This document shows, one piece after another, positions 57,460-64,000 of a stretch of DNA of 64,000 nucleotides. Under the pieces are notes generated by a model. The model worked only from the letters and a program-made list of their open reading frames with translations. It did no database searches and was not told where the DNA came from. The position numbers were made by a program, and so were the translations under genes. Numbering within the stretch: the first letter of the stretch is position 1; each line of letters starts with the position of its first letter. This DNA is from Antedon mediterranea (taxonomy: Eukaryota > Animalia > Echinodermata), in contig NC_092671.1 in assembly GCF_964355755.1 (NCBI RefSeq), forward strand, positions 2,728,001-2,792,000, given 5' to 3'.

Positions 57460-57776
57460 AGATGTATTGTTTCCCAAAATCATGAAAAATAAAGATTTTT
57501 AAAATCGGACTTTGAATAGGCCATTATGCAGTTTTAATGAAGTTGTTCACTTCCATAAGAAAAAAGACAAAATAAACAGTTAAATTACCCAAAAACTCAT
57601 TGGCTTCCAGACAATTTGACCATTTCTTGCTTTAAATTACAGTTTTTTCAGGTAAATAAACTTTTTTCAGACCCAATTTTTTTTTTGTGAAAGTGAATAA
57701 CTATTATGTGACATTAAAATAACGTATTCAACAAAAAGATTAAAAAAACACTTTTTTTTCAGGAGACAATATATCT
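57460..57776. mobile_element. Kolobok-type MITE
   Basis: TTAA TSD, AG...CT termini (agatgtattgt / acaatatatct). Related decayed copies at ~33344-33660, ~16345-16652, ~10478-10710. Confidence 0.75.
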
Positions 57777-58429
57777 TTAAGATAATAATAATCATTGCAG
57801 AAATAATGATGCTGAAAGCTGTCCGTTATTTGAAGAAAAAAAAACATTTAAAGAACTGACTACAAAAGATTGCTCACGTTAGTTTTATTATGACAGTCAT
57901 CCACCCTGCGAAACCTAATAACCTCTAACCTACGGTAGTAAGTAGGCCAGGTAGCCTACGTTGGCTAGGTTCAGGACTGATTGCCCATAAAACATTCGAT
58001 GTATAAATATCAACACCCCAGACAGTGTAATAATGACCTTTCCAAACCGAAAACCATTCTGGTTTGACGGAGGATCTGGGCTTCTCCAAGATTACGCAAG
58101 TTGTCTAGGACCTCTTCAGGTAAAGCTTCAATAATGTGGGGCTATTCGATTCGATTCGAACATTCGATGTATAAATATCAACACCCCATAGACAGTGTAA
58201 TAATGCCCTTTCCAGACCGAAAACCATTCTGCCCGAAATTACGATACTCTCTCGATACAACTCCATATTTTATTAGAGGAAAATGCATTTTTATTTAACA
58301 TCAATCTTATCAAGCCAGCCAAAGACTGAATACGTACATCAAAAGTACAAAGAACAATGTAAACCTATAAACAATTACTTGCAATTAGCAATGTATAATA
58401 AATAAAATCAACCATGAAGTTGTAAAATA

Positions 58430-58717
58430 AGCATAGAAACATAACATTTATATTTAGCATTTTTAACATTATTATATTCAAACAAAAGCATCGGACTCTG
58501 TTTTCAATTTAAATCGTTTGATTCGTGAGTCGAGGTAAGAAAGTGCTTTACCATTTTTCTTTCAAAAGCATATAGCAAACAAGGCCAACAACCACTGTAA
58601 GTCGTGTGCAGTTCAAAGAGTACAGAAAACGCGATAAAACGCAAAGTGATACCGGACCGACCGACCAACAGACCGACCGACATGGTGAACTATAGAGTCG
58701 CTTTCACGCAACTAAAA
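58430..58717 (-). mobile_element. Partial HINE/DINE-1-like end nested in the IS3EU-like element
   Basis: (GACC)n microsatellite followed by ctatagagtcgctttcacgcaactaaaaa (short imperfect inverted repeat then A run). Left boundary uncertain. Confidence 0.5.
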
Positions 58718-60189
58718 ACAAACAATCGGAATTAATTTTGAAGTATACAATTGTTATACGTCAGTATAAACTGTACTTATACTCGACGCAAAGTATTCCA
58801 GTTCCATATTAGACTTTTGCTTAATTAGTTTGCTTTTACTCACGGTAGATAAATTAATTTAAATTCCTTTACCTATTAACAATTTGTTGGCACCGGTGTA
58901 GAGGAGGTCGTAAAATGATATTCGCGCGCTGTTTGATCGTAGGCCTATAGGCCTAACTGTCAATCTTCGAGTTTCCAATAACAACCCCGCCTTCTAATTT
59001 AAATGTTAAAACGTTTTGTCCCACGCTTGAGTAGGCTCGGCTAACAAAATTCATTTTGTCGCAACAAAATCAATTTTGTTGCAACAAAATGAATTTTGTC
59101 GCGACAAAATGAATTTTGTTGCAACCAATTGAATTTTGTCGCGACAAAATGAATTTTGTTGCAACAAAATGAATTTTGTCTACACAGAATGAATTTTGTC
59201 TACACAGAATACATTTTGTCGCCACAAAATGAATTTTGTCCACACAGAATTAATTTTGTCTACACAGAATTAATTTTGTCCACACAGAATTAATTTTGTC
59301 TACACAAAATGAATTTTGTCGTTACAGAATGAATTTTGTCTACACAGAATTAATTTTGTCAACACAGAATTAATTTTGTCTACACAGAATGAATTTTGCT
59401 TACACAGAATTAATTTTGTCTTGACAAAGTTCATTTTGTCTCGACAAAATTCATTTTGTCCACACAGAATCAATTTTGTCAACACAAAAAGAAATTTGTC
59501 AATACAAAATGAATTTTGTATTGAAAAAATTAATTATGTGTAGACAAAATTGTAATATTTCGACAAAATTAGCAATGTCCTATACGGCGCCCCGTAGAGA
59601 ACTATCAACCAAAGATACTATAGCGCCACGAAAACGAAAATTACTAAAATCACTGATATGGCTTGAAACTAATTTTTCTTTTGCATTACGGATGGAGTAA
59701 CCGATATTGAACTTATATACCAAGTTTGAAATATTTGTTAAATCCAGAAGTATTTTTTCTTGATGTTTTTGTATGTGACTATTTCCCTGTGCTCCACTGG
59801 CGCCAAATTGGATCCACTGGAGCACAGTGTATTAACATACGAACATTTCTTTTGTAAAAAAAAAATACTCCTTGATTTCAATATATATTTCTTGGTATAT
59901 TTTTAATTTAAGTTGCTCAATTTACTGGGAAAAAATCGAATTCCTAACCGGTTTTTTTTGTTGTAAAAATCATTATTAGAGTTTAACATAATGTGTCGGA
60001 ATTGTATGTTTTTTCGTAAGTAGTATCTTAAGCAAACGCAAGTTTATTAAAATCACTGACGTGGCTTGAAACTATTTTTTCTTTTGATTTACGGATGGAG
60101 TAACCGATGTTGAACAAATATACCAAGTTTGAAATAATTTTAAATTCCAGAAGTATTTTTTCTCGATGTTTTTGAATGTGACTATTTCC

Positions 60190-60868
60190 CTGTGCTCCCA
60201 TTGGTACCAAATTGGGTCCACTTGAGCACAATGTATTGAAATACGAAAAGATATTATAATTTAGTGACTTTTTTCTATTTTATATCACTGTGTGCTCACT
60301 GGCGCGCGGGCCAAATTGGGTCCACGTGAGCACAGTGTATTAACATACGAAAAGATATTAAAATTCAGTGACTTTTTTCTATTTTATATCACTGTGCTCC
60401 ACTGGCGCCAAATTAGGTCCACTTGAGCACAGTGTATTAACATACGAAAAGATATTAAAATTCAGTGACTTTTTTCTATTTTATATCACTGTGCTCCACT
60501 GGCTCCAAATTGGGTCGACTTGAGCACAATGTATTAACATACGAAAAGATATTACAATTCAGTGACTTTTTTCTCTTTTATATCACTGTGCTCCCCTGCC
60601 TCCAAATTGGGTCCACGTGAGCACAGTGTATTAACATACGAAAAGATATTAAAATTCAGTGACTTATTTCTATTTTATATCACTGTGCTCCACTGGCGCC
60701 AAATTAGGTCCACTTGAGCACAGTGTATTAACATACGAAAAGATATTAACATTCAGTGACTTATTTCTATTTTATATCACTGTGCTCCACTGGCTCCAAA
60801 TTGTGTCCACTTGAGCACAGTGTATTAACATACGAAAAGATATTAAAATTCAGTGGTCCACTGGAGCA
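60190..60868. repeat. ~97-bp tandem repeat, ~7 copies, preceded by a ~400-bp-period duplication (59640-59850 / 60045-60250)
   Basis: aattgggtccacttgagcacagtgtattaacatacg recurs at ~60411, 60508, 60605, 60702, 60799. Confidence 0.92.
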
Positions 60869-60984
60869 GTTACCGTAGTACTATTTCTAATTCGGAAGTA
60901 AATAAAGGCATAAATGGCGCTCCGTAGAAGTAGAGAACGCTTGATCGTCGAAATGACGCTCTGAATATACCTCCCTCTGCTGCG

Positions 60985-61880
60985 GCTGCTCTCACTTCAT
61001 TCGTTTCGATGGATCTGTATAAGATTTTTTAGCTCAAATCGGAACAAGTTCCAGACGACTTTTGATCTAATTTTTGAATGCTTTTCTAATGATTTAATAA
61101 AATTTGTTTTATAAATACAAAAAGTAAACAATCATAATAATTCATTGACATTTTCACTTTTTGTTCCAATAACAATGTCTAGCCAATCATGTACGGTTTC
61201 TTCAAGTGTATAGCATTTTAGAATCATGTTGTTGAATTTTGTCCATACTTTTTGGATACTTTTACATTTCAAAAGCATGTGCTTGTCTGTCTCAATTTCG
61301 TTTTGGCAGTGTTCGCACATTTCTTCAGGAGATATTTTCCATATCTTCATTCGTTGTTTATGCCAGAATTCGATGTAGCAGTTTAAAATTAAATTGTGCT
61401 ACTTTTGTTACATGTTTCATGCTATATACTTTTTTTAACCATATTTCATTCCACTTAAAGTTCACATTTCTAAATTCTGTTTCCCATTTCGATTGACAAA
61501 ATGGAGTAATAGATATATTGTTGATAATGTGTTTATAATAAAATAAATTTTTATACTTTTTACAATATATTGTTTGTATTTCTTGTTTGTCTCTCTCTTT
61601 TTCATTGTTTATAAATATTTTCTTCCAATTTGAGGGAATTGCATTTACAATCTTAAAATATTCAATTATTCCATTTTGTTGCTCTGAAAGGGTGGGTATC
61701 AATTCTGTCGGAGTCATTAATTTGTGATTAACTATTATATCTTTTATTGTTTTATACCCTGCTTGTATCCAACTTTTAAAATATAATGTTTTTCCACTGC
61801 ATTTTATAAAAGTGTTTTCCCACAATTGTTGTTTTTCAACTTTGTTTACATTTTGCGGGTATGTAATACTTATATTGTTA
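60985..61880 (-). mobile_element. Tx1/L1-type LINE ORF2 C-terminal fragment (decayed)
   Basis: FNFKLLHRILA...CEHC..ETDKHMLLKC..KVW CCHC zinc-knuckle region across two ORFs. Confidence 0.8.
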
Positions 61881-61894
61881 AAATACACTAACAC

Positions 61895-64000
61895 TTTGTT
61901 TTATTTTGTTTGTTTTATTAGTTTCTCCACACATTTTAAAATAAAAGATAAAAATTACAAATTGCAAAAAGAAAATTACAATAAACAAGAAAAACATCAA
62001 AAATGTGCGGATGGAGGTCAAAATAAGTTGCGGACAACTTTAAGTCGTGACCACCAGTTAAAAAAAAAAATAAAAATAATGAAGGTATACAATAGCAGTC
62101 CGGTTTACATTAAAAATACAGAAGCTTAAATTGCTAAGACAATAGTACAATTACAAGATGAACAATATGATTCTATTAAGCGAAGAAGAAAGGAAACAAG
62201 AAGAACAAGAACAGGAGATTTAGCTGCCATATGCTGCGACCAAAGACTTTTTTAGGTTAAATTTGAACAAAGGTAGATTAGGAAGAGATTTTAATGAAAT
62301 ACTTAATAAATTCCATAGTTTTGGACCATTATAAAAAAATCGATTTTCTTCTTAAATGAAATGTATGCTTTTCAGATAAAATATTTGTTTTAGCAAATCT
62401 TGTATTGTAATTGTGAATATCAGGTTGTTGTTTAGGAAATAAAGAAATAATATGATTTGGTAAAGAGTGATTTTTTAGACGATACATAAAAATATAAGTT
62501 TGTAATTTGTGTAAATCAAATACATTAAGTATATTAAATTTATTAAATAAGTTTTTGGTGTGAGCTATTCTGGTTGACCCTGCACAAATCCTGATAGCAC
62601 GTTTTTGTAGTTTAAAGATGTTGTCAATATTGGTTGCTTCAGGACTCGTCCAGGGACACAAGTAAAGAAATTTATCAATTGTGGTAGCCCAAGATAAGTT
62701 ACAATAATTAATATAGGGTAAAACTAAGGTGTTATATAAAGATAAAAGAATGTGCTGTGGGAGATAGTGCTTTAGTTTATTCATTATTCCAATGTTTCTA
62801 GAAATTATATTTGAAATATTATTACGATGGGACTGCCAGGATAACTTTGAGTCTAGGATAACACCAAGACATTTTGTTTCATTAACTTGTTTGATTACAC
62901 TATCATTAATTTTAATAACAACAGAGTCTATATTTTTTATTTTATAGTTAAAAAAAATATAGTTATTTTTATTAATATTCAAAGATAATTTATTTAAATT
63001 GAGCCAATTGGAAATCTTAACTAATTCATTATTTGTAGTTTGCACAAGTTCAGTAATATTTTTGTGTGAAAAAAAATGTTAGTGTCATCAGCAAAAATAA
63101 CAAAATTTAAGAGGGAAGAGGAATTAGGTAAGTCATTAACATAAATTAAAAAAAGTAAAGGTCCAAGTATAGAGCCTTGTGGAACACCACATGTAATTTT
63201 AGAATGAGAAGAAAAGTAGGATTTAACTGAGACAAATTGTTTACGGTTGCCAAGGTAGTTCTTAAAAAATTAAGAGCAAGGCCTCTGATACCATAGAATT
63301 CGAGTTTTCTCAAGAAAATGTCATGATCAATTGTATCAAAGGCCTTGCTAAGATCAAGAAAAATACCGATAGTAAAATAATTTTGTAAATAGCTTTAGTA
63401 ACTTGGTCATAAATATCAAAAAGTGCAAGATCAGTTGAGTATCCCTTTCTAAACCCATATTGACGATCGTGAAGAATGCTGTGTTTAGTGAGAAAATTAA
63501 ATAATCTATCATAGGTTAGCCGTTCAAGGATTTTTGAAAAACATGGTAGTAAAGAGATGGGTCTGTAGTTACTAAATGAATGAAAATCATCTTTTTTAAA
63601 GACAGGAACCACCTTGGCAATTTTAAGTAAGTCGGGGAAAATTCCTTCAGAAAAGCACAAGTTGAAAATATAAGATAATGGTTTAGAAATAAATTTGGAA
63701 ATAGCTTTAATAACCTTATTAGATATCATCATAGCCTGAACTTTTGTTAATTTTTAAATTGTTGATAATATTTTCCATTTCTTCTTCTGACGTGGGTGCA
63801 AAAAAAGGTGAGTTGAGGAAGGAAGTAAAATGCTGGTTAGTAGGTTTTTTTATTGTCTTAGAAATGTTTGGCCCGATGTTTACAAAATAGTCATTAAAAG
63901 AATTCGCAATGGTGAGTGGGTCAGTGATTATGGATCCGTTGTGTATAAAATGGGAAGGTAGTTTGTTTTTAGTATTGCGTCCTAAGACTGTATTGATGGT
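61895..64000 (-). mobile_element. Crack/L2-type LINE (RT region and 3' UTR), frameshifted, runs off the window end
   Basis: [46 protein letters not shown] (~63085), LQKRAIR; A-rich tail near 61900. Confidence 0.88.

Larger units (their letters stand above)
56661..59596. mobile_element. Non-autonomous DNA transposon with 6-bp TSD, IS3EU-like
   Basis: Termini tacggggcgccgt / acggcgccccgta; gagaac duplicated at 56655-56660 and 59597-59602; arms ~56661-57080 and ~58984-59596 contain ~20-bp subrepeats. Confidence 0.78.

Overview
AT-rich animal (invertebrate-like) genomic DNA, not prokaryotic. It holds two convergent spliced genes. A Tubby-family gene (TUB/TULP) lies on + with 11 coding exons at 4979-38765; its first exon was not found in the window, and there is a candidate alternative first exon at 11629. 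A complete GDP-L-fucose synthase gene (GFUS/TSTA3) lies on - with 7 coding exons at 43291-54165 (322 aa); it contains a U12-type intron and a GC-AG intron. Introns and flanks are full of mobile DNA. This includes a near full-length decayed CR1-type LINE with a 2A-like peptide before its endonuclease, interrupted by a Helentron/HINE-like element. There are also Rex1-, Tx1/L1- and Crack/L2-type LINE fragments, three large inverted-repeat elements (TA, 9-bp and 6-bp TSDs), PIF/Harbinger- and Kolobok-type MITEs, Crypton-like hairpin elements, and several minisatellites. The most striking unexplained pattern is pervasive TA-NNN-TA words (TACAGTA/TACTGTA, TACCGTA, TAGGCTA/TAGGCCTA). Some are demonstrably 5-bp insertions into repeat copies, which is what Tc1/mariner excision footprints look like, and four minisatellites are built from them. 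All calls come from reading the sequence by eye; no searches were run.
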